A stretch of DNA of 64,000 bases from the human T2T-CHM13v2.0 reference genome, Homo sapiens. Numbering within the stretch: the stretch's first letter is position 1; each line of letters starts with the position of its first letter. Of the stretch, positions 1 to 13,448 are shown piece after piece. The stretch is from assembly GCF_009914755.1 (NCBI RefSeq), contig NC_060933.1; one strand, written 5' to 3'. The notes under the pieces were generated by a model, which was not told the origin of the DNA, made no database searches, and worked only from the letters and a program-made list of their open reading frames with translations. A program made the position numbers and the translations under genes.

Positions 1-228
1 GAATGGCTATTGAGTCAACAACCAAAGAGAATTTGCTACAAGAGAAGACAGATGTTTTCAACTTTAAAAAAATTACATAATATCTAAACATATTTCAGAT
101 GGGAAAAACAGTTTGTGAGAAAGGCCTCTGTGAAACAATTTCTACAGAATTATTTATATTTTCAATTATTTATAGTACATTGTTGGAATAAAAAACAGTG
201 GAGTAGTGAGAATAAAAGGAGACATTTC

Positions 229-530
229 ATGGGGCACAGTGACTCACACCTGTAATCTCAGCACTCGGGAGGCTGAGGCAGAAGGATCACTGAAGCCCAG
301 GAGTTTGAGATCAATCTGGGCAACATAGTGAGACCCTGTCTCCACAAAAAAATAAAAAAATTAGTCAGGGTGTGGTGGCATGTGCCTGTAATCCCAGCTA
401 CTTGGGAGACAGGTGGGAGGATTGCTTGTGCCAGGAACATCAAGACTGCAATGAGCTGTGATCTCACCACTGCATTTCAGCCTGAGCAACAGAGCAAGGT
501 CTTGCCTCAAATAAATAAATAAATAAATAA
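229..530 (+). mobile_element. Alu (AluJ-like) with (TAAA)n tail
   Basis: Dimeric Alu with A-rich linker and J-type GGATCACTGAAGCCCAGGAGTTTGAG. Confidence 0.9.
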
Positions 531-699
531 GAAAGAGAGAGAGAGATTTAAGAAACTGAAAAAAAAAATTGACCAGGTAAGAATGGTTTGACAATTTAGG
601 TCCAGATGAAGCAAAATACTTTTCAGCGTACAAAATGTTGACCCCTGAAGCTCTAGCTATAGTAAGTAAGTTAGTATGAGTCATTAGAATGGCTAGTGT

Positions 700-1600
700 G
701 GAATTCCACTTTGAGCATGACTAAGTTCCCCCAAGCCTGACAACCAACTGCTCCCACCCCCAAATAAGAACTATAAACTCTGAACAAAATATGGAATCCA
801 ACTACCTAAAGGCACTGAAGAGTGAACAAGCAAGCAGCTTCTGAAAGAAGTTAACACTTGAAAGACTTGCAACTTTTTTTCTGGCCAAAAGAACTAGAGG
901 ACAGAGTTCAAAGCAACGACAGCCAATAGAAAGTGAGAGGTGTGCTAGAAAAGTGAGAGGTGTGAAGCTCCAAATTTTTTGTAAAACTCCTGCCCAAATC
1001 TTTGACTAAGTCTTTAACCATGTATGTGCGGAATGGACTCAAAGAGCCCAGGTAAGGATAAAATAACTGTACTGACATTTGAACTTTCTGCGAAACAGTG
1101 TTTACAGTGTGAGTTCAAACAAGTTAATAGTCTGATCAAACAAAAGTTCACTCTTAAGAGAAATAATGGAAACCAGAGAGTCTACAACCTAACCTTTTCA
1201 ATGAACAAGATATGATATAAAAATTAATATACGAATAACCAGAAAAATACAAGCGGAAGTACAGTCAACAAAGATCAATCCAGATATGTTCCAGATGTTG
1301 GATTGACAGACTATGATTTTAAACAACACATCAACAAGTATTTTTAGTATGCTCAAGTATGTAACGAAAAATATGTTCATAATAAATGAAGAAATAGAAA
1401 TCATTAGCAGAGAAATAGAAACTGTAAAAAAAAAAAAAAAAGTAAACTCTACAACTGAAAAAAAAATACCAAATCTGAAATTTAAAACATATTGAATGGG
1501 CTTAAAGCAGAATGGAGAGAGGGAAGAGTCAGGGAACTTAAAAATAGAACACAGGAAATTCAAATAAAATTATTCAATCTGAAAAAGAGAAAGAATGAGT
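700..1600 (+). mobile_element. Ancient L1M 5'UTR/ORF1 remnant
   Basis: A-rich degenerate ORF1-like segment (GAAATAGAAACTGTAAAAAAA...ATTGAATGGGCTTAAAGCAGAATGGAG...). Confidence 0.6.
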
Positions 1601-1619
1601 AACTAGGGATGATAGAGAC

Positions 1620-2015
1620 GGATTAGCTAAACACTAAACCTGTTTCCCCTTTCTCTTGGGCCTGATGCTGGACTCTATATCCCAGCCCCCATTGCTATTG
1701 CATGTAAATGTATGATGGACTGTTCTGGCTGATGGAGTATACATAGTAGTAAGGCTCACCATTTCCAGTTATGGACCATATAAACTTCCATAACTTCCTC
1801 CACACTCTCTCCTCAACAATCTGTCAGCTGAAGGCAGACATCTAGGATGATCGCAGAGCTTTGCACTGAGGATGGCTCAGCCTCCATTTCTGAAGGATGG
1901 ATGGAGTGCAACCATCTCAAACCCAGCCACATCAGCGAGAGATGAGCTTCCATGGTGTTAAGTTCCTGAGATATTTGGGTTTACTTTTATCTGCAGATAT
2001 TGTTGCCATCCTAAA
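1620..2015 (+). mobile_element. Old MaLR LTR (MLT1I/J-like)
   Basis: Degenerate match to the recalled MLT1 core (cccagcc...ttgc...tgttctggctgatgga) and 3' end (tgttaagttcctgagatatttggg). Confidence 0.5.
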
Positions 2016-2152
2016 ACAGTAATTGTTGTTATTACTCTTTGTATCATTACCATAAAATAATTTCATACTTCGTGTTCAGCCTTTCTCCAGACCAGTCTCC
2101 ATGTTAAAAATGAAACCACCTCTGAACCATTTGTTTCTGTGACTAATACTTA

Positions 2153-2846
<694 letters not shown>

Positions 2847-4450
2847 TTTTCTTCCCAGACTAATCATAAATAATAATAGTCAACTTAAAAAATTGAATAG
2901 ATCTTTACACTTTAAAAATTTCTTTGCCAAATCAACTCATCTGATATTAATAGTCCTTAGTATAAGTGTGGCAGCTGTTTGTTTTTCTGTTTTCTAGAAT
3001 TAAAAAAAAAAAGGAAGCTAAAAAAGGGAAGAAAGAAAGAAAGAAGACAGGAAATAACAGAAACATTGAGAAAACCTTTACATTTTAGCTGGCTGAAGAT
3101 GATGTTGTTTCTACATGAGGCAGACAGAACCCTCATATAGGTCTGCCTAGTAGCTGCTTAAGGATGACTTCGCCCAGTGAAACATTTCATCTCTTTTTCC
3201 ATCTAAAAGTGAAATTCAAACTCCAAATTTATTATAGTCTCTCCTCTTTAGAAACTGCACATCCTATAGAAGACAGACTTTGTCAGTTTTCCTTTAAGCA
3301 CCTGCCTTTACCATGTCAATAAACTAGTTTGAGAAGTCGAAGATTTTCATAGAGAAGGCCTGCAGGGCACCAAACATCTCGTTGGGATGATTTGTTGCCC
3401 GAATTGACAGATTTCCGATGCTCAGTTTGAACAGCACACAAGCTCAGTACCTTTTTGCTATAACCTTCTCAACATCTCCCATTGTCTCCTGAGCAAGTGC
3501 TCACAAGAGTGATCCTTACATTTTTAGATGTGTGAGAATTTTTCATCAACAATGAACCTTGTGGGTGTTAGTCTGGTTAAAACCTGTTCTTCATGCATTT
3601 CCTTGTCAAATTGTGAGGGGTTGGCAGAGAGGGGTTAGAAATGTTGTTTTATTGTTTTATTTCGTAGTAAGAAGAGGTATAACCTTGCTGAGAGGGTGAC
3701 AAATTCAGTTATAGTCAACCAGCACTTGACAGGTTTTATCAGAAAACCAAACAAGGAAAGAGTGTGTATGCCTGCTACCAGCTGTCACAGTATTGAACAA
3801 TGAATGTTTGATGAAGCCGACCCGCAAATACACACATCTTCGTGGAAGTCAGCTTTAAGTAGAAACTAGCTGGCAAAATTAACAAGAAAAGGCCTTGGTA
3901 GAGGATATCAAAAGTAAAGAAAACAAAACAAAACAAAAAAAGGTGGTGGGTCGGGTGTGGGGATCTGAAAATCTCCCTTCCTTTATTTGTTTAGGTGTGT
4001 ATTGAGCGAGCCTCCATGCAACATAGAATTTGAAATGCAGTTTCAGTTTTGTTAAGATAAATACATGGTCTTCATCTCAGCCCATATTGAAAAGACAGTT
4101 TTGATAATTGTCAGATTTTCCAAATTAGTTGCGCTGTGAAAAGGGGAAGCTGGTCGGCTGGAAATGTGACTGTTCTGGTGTGCCTCTGAAGCAATTCCCG
4201 ACTTCTTGCTGACGAGACAGGAAACAGAAGCAGCCAGTGCCACACAGATGAAGGCACTGGCCCACGTGCCCTACATTACACAGGTCAGCCTCAGATTGCT
4301 TATCCTCTAGCTAAAGATTCCTATCTCTTATCCCAAACTTTCCACTCCAAAGTCAAAATCAGTGGCATTTCTCACCTTTAAAGGAAGATGCCACATGATT
4401 ATTTCAAGCTATACTACAAACCCAATTTGTCTCAAAAGCTTGTGAAAGTA

Positions 4451-4652
4451 CAATAAGTACTCAATGTCGTTGATAGGTTCTTGAAAGCTGTAACTTGACG
4501 CCATATAATATACAGCAGATCCTCAAATAACATTGTTTCCTTCAAGGCCCTTTGTTGTAATGTTAATGAGGAAAAAAATTGGTTTTATTATACTTGGTTT
4601 CACTTAAAATTGCATTTTCCAAGAACCATTGACATTAGGTGAGGACTTACTG
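4451..4652 (-). mobile_element. TcMar-Tigger MITE (MER6B-like)
   Basis: Long terminal inverted repeats CAATAAGTACTCAATGTCGTTGATAGGTTCTTGAAA / TTTCCAAGAACCATTGACATTAGGTGAGGACTTACTG; internal CAGCAGATCCTCAAATAACATTGTTTC. Confidence 0.75.
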
Positions 4653-4819
4653 TGTTTTAAATTGAAGAAGATCAAGTACTATTAAAATGATATTTTCCCT
4701 CAACAAAAAAATGCTTTCTCTGTCTTCAACCACCTCTTCTCCAGAATTTCCTTTGTACATTTTTGATACCTGTTACCAAGCCCAAGAAGCAGTTTGATGT
4801 GAATTACTTTTCTACAATA

Positions 4820-4930
4820 AATTGTGAGTTTCCTGATGACAAGGATCTGATCTCACTTAACTTTGATTCTTCTCCAGTCCAACTCTAGCCATTGTTCATA
4901 GCAGGTCTCAACAAATGATGATGGAATAGA
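4820..4930 (+). mobile_element. L2 3'-end fragment
   Basis: tgtgagtttcctgatgacaaggatct...catagcaggtctcaacaaatg resembles the L2 tail. Confidence 0.5.
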
Positions 4931-5985
4931 CTCAACCCAGAAACATTTAAGAGACTCAATGGAACCAGACTGCGGCCATCACAGAGTCCTGCACCTCCTA
5001 CATTATTACTCTATTGATATTCCTTTAGTTCCTCCTTGGCAAAACAGAAGAACAAATCTGCTAACTATCAAAGAAAGACATAAAAGATTATATCTCATGC
5101 TTATGTTCTTTCCAGCCTACTGAAGTAAGTAGAAAACTCAGGAAAGAAATTCTACATTCATATCACCAGATAGAGCCTTTAATAAAGTGCAATAGACCAT
5201 AATTAAACTATCAACATAATAATTAATTTTCGCATGTGCATTTTTCTTGTGAGCTTTCATTCTGCTTGTACATTTTTTAGCTCATCTCATGATAACATCT
5301 AGTATTTCATGATGAATTGTGTTGTAAACATAAATTATGTGTCTATCTGAAAAAGCTACAGATATTATCTATTGGAGTTTTTCACTCCTTATCTCTGTCT
5401 CTCCAAATTTTCCCAATCTATATTGAATTAAATAATTTTGCAGATTTTTAAAAACCAGCTCTATTATTTATCTATTTCCAGCGTGGTGAATAAGGTTTAA
5501 TCTTGGCAACAGAGATACAGAGATGAAAAATGTCTAGACAGATTCTCTAAGTACGAAATGTCTATAAAGCAAAGTTACCCTTCACCCTATATAGATGCGA
5601 GTTCTCCATATACACCTGAAAAGGTAAATATTGACTGGAATTTGATACTTTTCTGTTAAAAATATAAAGGAGGAGGAGCTTGGGGAAATTGAATACACCC
5701 CTATAAAGAAATGGTAAAACCAAAATTCCACAAAGAGAATAGTCTCTGGAGATCAGTGAAAAGAATCAGATGCAAGGATTTACCTTAATAATTGTTCATC
5801 TGTAAAGATGAAACTGTCAGTGGATCTCCTCTTTCACTTCGAGAATAGAAGAAAAGAGCTTCTAAGAAATCTAACATTTATCTTTAGTGTAACGACTGAG
5901 ACAAGACTGCTTTAGATATCCTTATTACTAATATCGAAAGCAAACCTAGAGAAAATTCAGGAGCTCAGTACAACTCCAGACCTCC

Positions 5986-6080
5986 AGAAGAAGGAGGAGG
6001 GGAAGGAAAAACAGAAGGCAAAAGAGGAGGAGCAGGAGGAAGAAGAGGAGGAGTAGGAGAAGCAGCAAGAGGAGAAAGAA
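5986..6080. repeat. GA-rich low-complexity (GAG/GAA)n
   Basis: Seen directly. Confidence 0.8.
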
Positions 6081-7676
6081 TGGTTAGTAGTTAGGAAAAA
6101 ACAGAATAAATGGCCAAATGTTATATTGGTTGTGGGGCTGTGTGTCCTTCAACATAGAAATACTTAAACCACTGTGAAAATGGAGGAAAACTAAATTTTA
6201 ATCTCAACCTTCTACTCTGTTTCATGGGCATCTATAGCTATAATATAAATTCGCGACACATTTCTGTGAGCTAAGTATGACGTGCACACGTAGCAAAGCT
6301 CCTTAGAAATCTTCTCATTGAACCAGAGATTCAATTACACATGCAGTTCACTCCTACTCCAGAGCTTTGCTCTCAGTGAGGAAAATCTGGGATCTATATT
6401 CAGGGCAGTTAGAATGCATTTGAAACCAGTAGGGGGAACTGAGCTATAGAGAGGTAAAGTGAGTTTCTCAGAACTTGATAAAGAATCAGAAGCTGAGACA
6501 GCCAATTCATTTTTTTGTCAGGAAGTTGGCATTCATTTTAAAGAATTTATTGATTACATGCATAAGCTGTGCAAAGGGTATTTCATCAATGTATGTATAA
6601 AGCATATATATATACATATATATTCTACTTTTCTTCTTGAGCACTCAAAGAAGGTCATTGGGGAAATCTGTCTGATTTCTGCAGTGCATTGGCTGAGAAA
6701 TAATTTAGGTGGACTTCTTGTCTGTACTCTGAGTATGTGTATGCATAAACATGGATATGCATATGCTACTTATAGCATATATAGATTTCATACAATTATG
6801 ATAGAAAATATAACCTAAAGAGAGAGCTCATGATTGCCGTGATGAATAGGACAATTAAAATGGTTGCCATAAAAATTATTTGAACAGAAAAGACTAAACT
6901 TGTAGAGAAGCCCAAAGAACTGACTTGAAGTATTCATGGATGTTAACTGGTATTACATCCTGTGTGTTAAGAGAGAAAGTAGATCCCTTGGTGATAGATT
7001 TAAAAAGCACCCAGTATTTCCAAATGCCTCCTTCAAATGTCTCCTGACCAGGAATTCTATCACTGGGAATCTATCTTGTATAAGACTAGAAAGAAATAAT
7101 AATTATTACTGATTGGTGAGAGAATGTGTGACTTTTATTTTTCTTTGTATACTTTTCTTAATGTTTCAGATTCCCTTTGCTGACTTAGCCATGATATGAA
7201 AGTATTTTAGGAATGTGGTTCTTGAGAAGAGTGTGCCAAATAACTCTGTGGACCTAGGAATTCCTGATACAATGATAAACACATAGTTGACATATAATAA
7301 ATATGTGCGTTGAACAAAAATGTCTGTTTCTGCTGTCTGGGGCATTATCTCCAGGAGCTGTAAGATCAAACTACTTTAAAGTAAAGACTCATTTTCAGCA
7401 GTCCTCACACTTTGGTAGAGGACTGAGTTACCTTGTTCCCAAATCTATAGACAAGCATTTTATGTATTTGCACTTTAAAGGTGAGCAGGAGTCTGCAGGA
7501 GCTACCAGGGGATAACTACAATGACACCCCTGCTGAGACCATTATGTTGTTCACCTTATACAAATAGCCAGGAAAGATGAGAAGAGTGATACCCAGCCAT
7601 ATTCCCACTAAGTCACGGGGTTCAATATCTATGTATTAGGGACCCCATGGCCGGAAGGGGATGGTACAGGCATTTC

Positions 7677-7680
7677 TTTC

Positions 7681-7716
<36 letters not shown>

Positions 7717-7992
7717 TTTTTTTTGAGACGGAATCTCACTCTGTCACCAGGCTGGAGTGCATGGCATGATCTCAGCTCCCTGAAACCTCCACCTCCCAGG
7801 TTCAAAAGATTTTCCTGCCTCAGCCTCCTGATTGCAGGCACCCACCGCTACACCAGCTAGTTTTTTGTATTTTTAGTAGAGACGGGGTTTCACCATGTTG
7901 GCCAGGCTGGTCTCGAACTCCTGACCTCGTAATTCACCTGCTTCGGCCTCCCAAAATCCTGGGATTACAGGCAGGAACCACCATACCCAGTC
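7677..7992 (-). mobile_element. AluS (Sg/Sc-like)
   Basis: Poly-T/(CTTTT)n tail, Alu body, perfect 15-bp TSD TGGTACAGGCATTTC at 7662-7676 and 7993-8007. Confidence 0.95.
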
Positions 7993-8121
7993 TGGTACAG
8001 GCATTTCCAGTGGGTAGCTTTCAGACCCCTCACCTCACTTCAATTACAGCCATTCAGTTTTCAGCAGTTAAATACATTGATATATTACACAATATTTCAC
8101 TGAAAGGATTCTACTGATGAC

Positions 8122-8140
8122 AAAAAAAGAAAGAAAGGAG

Positions 8141-8172
<32 letters not shown>

Positions 8173-8303
8173 GAAGTAGGGAAGGAGGGAGGGAGAGAGG
8201 GAAGGAAAGAAGGAGGGAAGGAAGGAAGGAGAAACAGAGAGAAAAAAGAAAGAAAGAACGAAGAAAGGAAAGGAAAGAAAGAAAGAAAGACAGACAGACA
8301 GAC

Positions 8304-8354
<51 letters not shown>

Positions 8355-8397
8355 AAAAGAAAGAAGGAAAGAAAGAAAGAAAAGAAAGAAAGAAAGA
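8122..8397. repeat. Compound (GAAA)n/(GGAA)n/(AGAC)n purine microsatellite
   Basis: About 275 bp of almost pure purine tetranucleotide repeats. Confidence 0.95.
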
Positions 8398-9731
8398 TTT
8401 TGTTGATTTCTGGTTCTGGAAAAATATTCCATTCCCAAATGCAAATCATTCAAAAGGCCAAGGAATAGAAAGGGCAGTCTACTTTGTGAACTGATAAGAG
8501 AAAATCTCTGCTCCATTATGCAAGTCTTGAGGAAAGAATGGTTTATAAATATTGCTTTTTCAGTCCATCAGGGCGCCAGGACCCTGTGTTGCCAAGAGAC
8601 ACCTCCAGTGCTGAAATGAAATAAGAATACCCATGTTTACATTAACATCCCCGACTGAGTCACTGTTTGATTAGGACAAAGGAGAGGGGAGAGTCCTGCC
8701 CAGAGTCCTGACTGAGGAGAAGGCGTACCACTGGGAGAAGCTGCACATCAGAGGTAAAGAGTAAAGCAAGCATTTTACTTCCCAAAATCCCCTTTCTTCA
8801 CTTTGCTCCACCCCACAGTTCCAGGGCCCCCGCTAAAGCCTCCTACTGTGATCTGATACGAAGCCAGAGACAGGTAAACCTTCCTGGCAAGTACAAATAT
8901 GTCTGAGGAAGCAGCGCCAAGCAATGAAAACAGCCTAGGTTTTGGAGCCTAACAAGGATGAGGCTGGAAGAAAGGAGTTTATGTTCACAGGAAAAGGAAG
9001 AATTTCCATTTGCCATGAATTTTGCCACATATTAACTTCATCTGCCACGGATTTAATTACTTTTAACGAGAGAGAACAAAAGTGAACGTGCTGTAGCAGA
9101 AAGCCTCAAAGGACAAGAGGATGGTGTTTTTACCTGCCAGCTCAATCCCTGTCCTTTTTAGAAAAAAAGATCTGAGGAGGTATCTGCAAACAGAAGTATT
9201 GTGTTGTCAATGACCTAAGGCAGATACTCTTAACACAGCCCCAACATGTAACAGACTCATGGATGAGTTCCAATTGGTTTGGCAGCAGGGTGGTGACTGT
9301 GTGGAGTGATGTTCCTAATAAGAGTAAAAGCACCAAAATTGACACATAGTTAATTTTCTTTGTTATAAATTAGACAAAATTCAAAGTCATTCCTATAGTA
9401 ATATCAATCTTCCTCATCAACATCACAGCTTTCTGGAGTGAGACTGAAATGGGTGGTCATACAAGTGACCAGGAAGTCACTGAAAAGGGCACCACTGGTC
9501 ATACAAAAACCTTTGTGGGAAGCTATTTGAAATATAGTAAATATAGTGCTAGCAAGTTTTGACTTACGTCTCTGAACTTGCTATCGAAATCTTGATATGA
9601 GAGCGTGTTGAAAAGAGCTGAGAACCTATGATCAACACGGAACTGTATTTCCTTCAATTTTATCACATCAATTCCTGAACTGAATGGCTAAAATCATTCT
9701 TGAGGGGATTTTTTTAACGGATTAAGAAGCT

Positions 9732-10014
9732 GGCTGGGTGCGGCAGTTCAGATATATAATCTCAGCACTTTGGGAGGCCCAGTCAGGAGGATCACTTAAG
9801 GCCAAGAGATTAGGACTAGCCTGGGCAAGACTTACAGAAAATTTTTAAAATTAGCCAGGCATGGTAGCACACCTGCAGTCCTAGGCAGGAGGATTGCTTG
9901 AGCCCAGAAGTTTTAGGTTACGGTGATCTATGGTCTCGCCACTGCATTCCACCCTGGGTGACAGAGCAAGACCCTGTCTCTTAAAAAAAAAAAATATATA
10001 TATATATATATATA
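9732..10014 (+). mobile_element. AluJ with internal deletions, followed by (TA)n
   Basis: Alu arms recognisable; A-tail runs into (TA)n at about 9993-10014. Confidence 0.85.
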
Positions 10015-10559
10015 CTGTAAAGCACTCAGAACTGTGCCTGATGCATTATGCATTAGTTGTTGTGTGCTTGCAGCCACTGCTGTGTCTTTAGTAAGATTAA
10101 GCCCCAAATTTGGAAGATGTGATAAGACATGTTTTATTTTGAAGTTTGCTGTGATGTGATGTGAAAGGAATACGTTAGAACTCTCTAATCTCTGTTTTAA
10201 AAGCACTGAAAAGTAATAAACCAGAATAAGGAGGAAATTATCAATGAATAGACTGCCCATGTATCTGTTCTCGAAATTAGTCTGCCACTTATCTGGCCTT
10301 TCCTCCATTCTGACTTTCTTCTTTCTTCTCCTCAGATCACTTCCAGTTTCCTTCTTCCTACTCTTTCTTCTGAATTTACTTCTACAAACGTTTGGTGGCG
10401 GCTTTCGATATGCCAGAAATTGTGCTAACCAAGCTCCAAGAGTTAAATATTATACTTCTTCTCAAGCTTTATTCTACCACCCTCATTTTTAAACCCTGTT
10501 CTTTTGCATTTTGTCATTCGGCTGCAGCATTCACTTCTCTTCTTTCATCTCTTGTCCTC

Positions 10560-11545
10560 TCTTTTCACAGTCACCCATAAAACTCGCAGCCAATTCCCAC
10601 ATTTATTTAAGACTTGGACACATCTTCCCCTCTATCTCCAACATCTGCGAATATTCAGTGTGTCTTCAGTTTCCCCATGGACAACCCACTTAACAACCTG
10701 GCCTCTCAATTCTTTCCTGACCTCCTCAGTTTCAATGAGCTTCATCTTCACCCCACCCACCCTCACTTCAGTCATGGACTTCCATGATCACTCTTTGTGC
10801 CTTATCAAGACTGCTCTACAAGAGAAAGAACAATTTCAAATATCCTATCTCCAATCACCATTTCCTATCCTCCCAGCCCTCTCATTCATTTACCATGGAT
10901 ATTCAGACTTTATGTAGATTTGAAGTCATTGGACCCTTCGTCTTTCCCCATCGCCGCTCCTGTCTGCATGCCAATCTCTCTCCAGCCCAACCCCTATATC
11001 TACTGTCTCCTTGTCCCTATTCCAAATAGTCCAAATTTCCCTGAACTTCAAGTCCACACAATACATCTGAAAGCAAAAAAATCTAACCCTGAATCGTCAA
11101 AAGCATTTTCTTGGGATGCAAGATAGGGTACTAACCTCTGCTAGTGTCAATTAAACAAGCACAAAGATTAGTCCTACAGTAGATTTGTAGTCTCTAATCT
11201 GAAATTAGTATTCATGTGTGCCCGGGAATCCTTCCCTGCCTTCCAGTGGGTCAGTATTCCATTTTCCAAAGCGTCCATCTAAATCTTTTCCATTCTTCTT
11301 AAATTCTCACCACCTCTTTACTTTCTCACAGGATGTTGCCTCCTGCTTGATTAAAGAGAATAAAAACTCTCCAGTGAGAATTCACTCAGCTTCCTGTCAC
11401 CCTCCATCCACGGAATTCCCACACCTGTTCTCAGTTTTCCTCTTAACCTCTTAGGCATGTCTCTCCTCCTTTCTAACTTTCCCATCTGTGCTCTGGATCC
11501 CAAGCATTCTTTCTAAGGATGCTTGCTCCATCCATTGCATCCTAC
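10560..11545 (+). mobile_element. L2 internal ORF2 remnant (endonuclease region)
   Basis: ccatggacaacccacttaacaacctggcctctcaattctttcctgacctcctc and ctccaatcaccatttcctatcctcccagc resemble L2 EN motifs (D.P.N.LASQF..LL; SDH..L). Confidence 0.6.
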
Positions 11546-11547
11546 TG

Positions 11548-11800
11548 CACAGTGGCATAGCAGTTAAGCACAAGGGCTCCAGGAGGAGACTGTCTACATC
11601 CACATCCCAGCTCTGACCTTTACTATTAATGTGATCTTGGGCACATGAATTGGAATATATCTATTCCTCAATTTTCCCACCTTTAAAAGAGAGAAGATGG
11701 CAACAGTCTCTATCTCAGAGTTGACTTGTGCAGATTAAGTAAATTAATGTGTATTAAATATTGAGAAGAGTATCTGACAATCTATGTTAGTTCCCATTAT
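11548..11800 (+). mobile_element. MIR
   Basis: cccagctctgacctttact...tgtgatcttgggca...cctcaattttcccacctttaaaa MIR core. Confidence 0.75.
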
Positions 11801-11879
11801 TACTTGAGTCTTTGAAACAGTTGCCTGCAGTCAAATATTTTTTATTGTAAAAAAAGATATCTACGAAATAATTTTGAAA

Positions 11880-12705
11880 GGCAGAAAGATGATCCAACTT
11901 TTAAATTTGGGCAGAAGACTTGAAGATTCAGTTTATAAAAGAGGATATCTAAATGGTCAAAAAGCTTCTAAAAAGGTGTCCTATATGATTATCCATCAGA
12001 GATATACAAGTAACCCTATAATGACATATCACCACATACCCACCAGGACAGCCAAAATAAGGTGGGAGAGGACTATGCAAACGTTGGTGAGGATGTGGAG
12101 AAAATGAAATATATATTACTAGTGGGAGTTAAAAATTGGTACAACCACTTTGGAAAACCAATTGACTGTTTCTACTACAGCTGAATACACTCATCTCTTC
12201 TTAACCAGCAATTACACTCCTGCCTATATGTCCACCAGAAACACATACTATCATTTAACAAAAGATATGTATAATTTGCAAGGCAACATTATTTTTTCAT
12301 AGCAAACAAAAATGGAAAAAGCCTAAATGTTCATCAACAGTAGATTAGAAAGTGTGAAATAATAATAAAATAGAACATTAGACAGCAATATAAAAGACCA
12401 AAATATGACTCTATCTGACAATATGGATGAATCTCATAGACAGGACATTGATTAAGAATACCAGAAACAAAAAGCGCATGCTATGTGACTCAATTTGCAT
12501 AAAATCCGAAAGCAGGAAAACCAGTCTATGGCAATAGAAGAGTAGCTACCTTTGGGAACTGGGAAATGACTGAAAGGGAGGATGAGGGAGGCCTCGGAAG
12601 AGCTAAACCTTCCATGTCTTGGTCTGGAGAATGGTTACTTTGAGAAAATTCATCATACTTCTGTTCATTTACTGCATATATGTAATACTTCAATAAAAAG
12701 CATAA
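11880..12705 (+). mobile_element. L1ME-type 3' fragment
   Basis: ORF2 C-terminal and 3'UTR motifs (gggcagaagacttgaa; ttggtacaaccactttggaaaac; atggatgaatctcatagac); ends caataaaaag. Confidence 0.8.
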
Positions 12706-12719
12706 CTCCAAAATTTTAA

Positions 12720-13200
12720 GCTCCCTTAAAAACATCACCACCCCAACACTATCATCCATTTCATAGGTAAACCTTACAAAATTTAATCTCCACTTTCTCA
12801 TCGGCTATGTAGTCCTCATAGGTTATCATATATCTTTCCTTTCTTAATTCCAAAGATGAGAACACTTTCCCAAGATCATTACAAACTCTTCATTGCTAAA
12901 TCTAGGACTCTTCTCATTCTTTGTTATTACTTGATTCTCAGGACTATTTTAAACTCTCTATAACTCCCTTTCAAAGCCTGTTACATCTTTCCCAGCTCCA
13001 TTCTTCCTCCTTTACCTGGCAAACTCCTACATTATGCTCAGAACTAATCTAAAACATCACTTCTTCCTGAAGCCTTTCTTAACCCATCCGCAGGTACACG
13101 AGGCCCATTCTATGGGTGTATATTGAACCTTTGCTTATCCTTTAACAAAGTACAAATCATCCTATATTGTATTCTCCTGTAATCTCATTCATAAATGAAT
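12720..13200 (+). mobile_element. L2 continuation
   Basis: ccaagatcattacaaactcttcattgctaaatcta; cctggcaaactcctac...catcacttcttcctgaagcctttctt. Confidence 0.55.
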
Positions 13201-13386
13201 GATTATGTAAGTATCAGTGGAACCATGAGACCTCTCTCCCACCACTTCTGAACCCAAGTACTTTTGGCTTCCTTGTGGTTATCAGGAAAATGTGGTCAAT
13301 ATTCCACTAGAGTCATGGGACTAGATAACTCTTCATCTCTCACCCTTCTTACAGGACTAGGCTTTCAGAGAAGTATTTACAAGTCG

Positions 13387-13448
13387 GACTCATCAGCATA
13401 TTGCAGTATCATTATACCAGACTCATCAGCATATTGCAGTATCATTAT
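13387..13448. repeat. Direct repeat of 29 bp, period 33
   Basis: GACTCATCAGCATATTGCAGTATCATTAT at 13387-13415 and 13420-13448. Confidence 0.95.

Noticed and set aside
927-964. Short duplication AAAGTGAGAGGTGTG twice
   Set aside because: Ordinary slippage event inside an L1 remnant.
8097-8516. 139-aa and 112-aa Phe/Leu/Ser-rich, membrane-like ORFs
   Set aside because: Translations of the (CTTT)n microsatellite.
13387-13448. 29-bp direct repeat as a CRISPR-like array
   Set aside because: Only two copies with a 4-bp spacer, in primate DNA with no cas genes.
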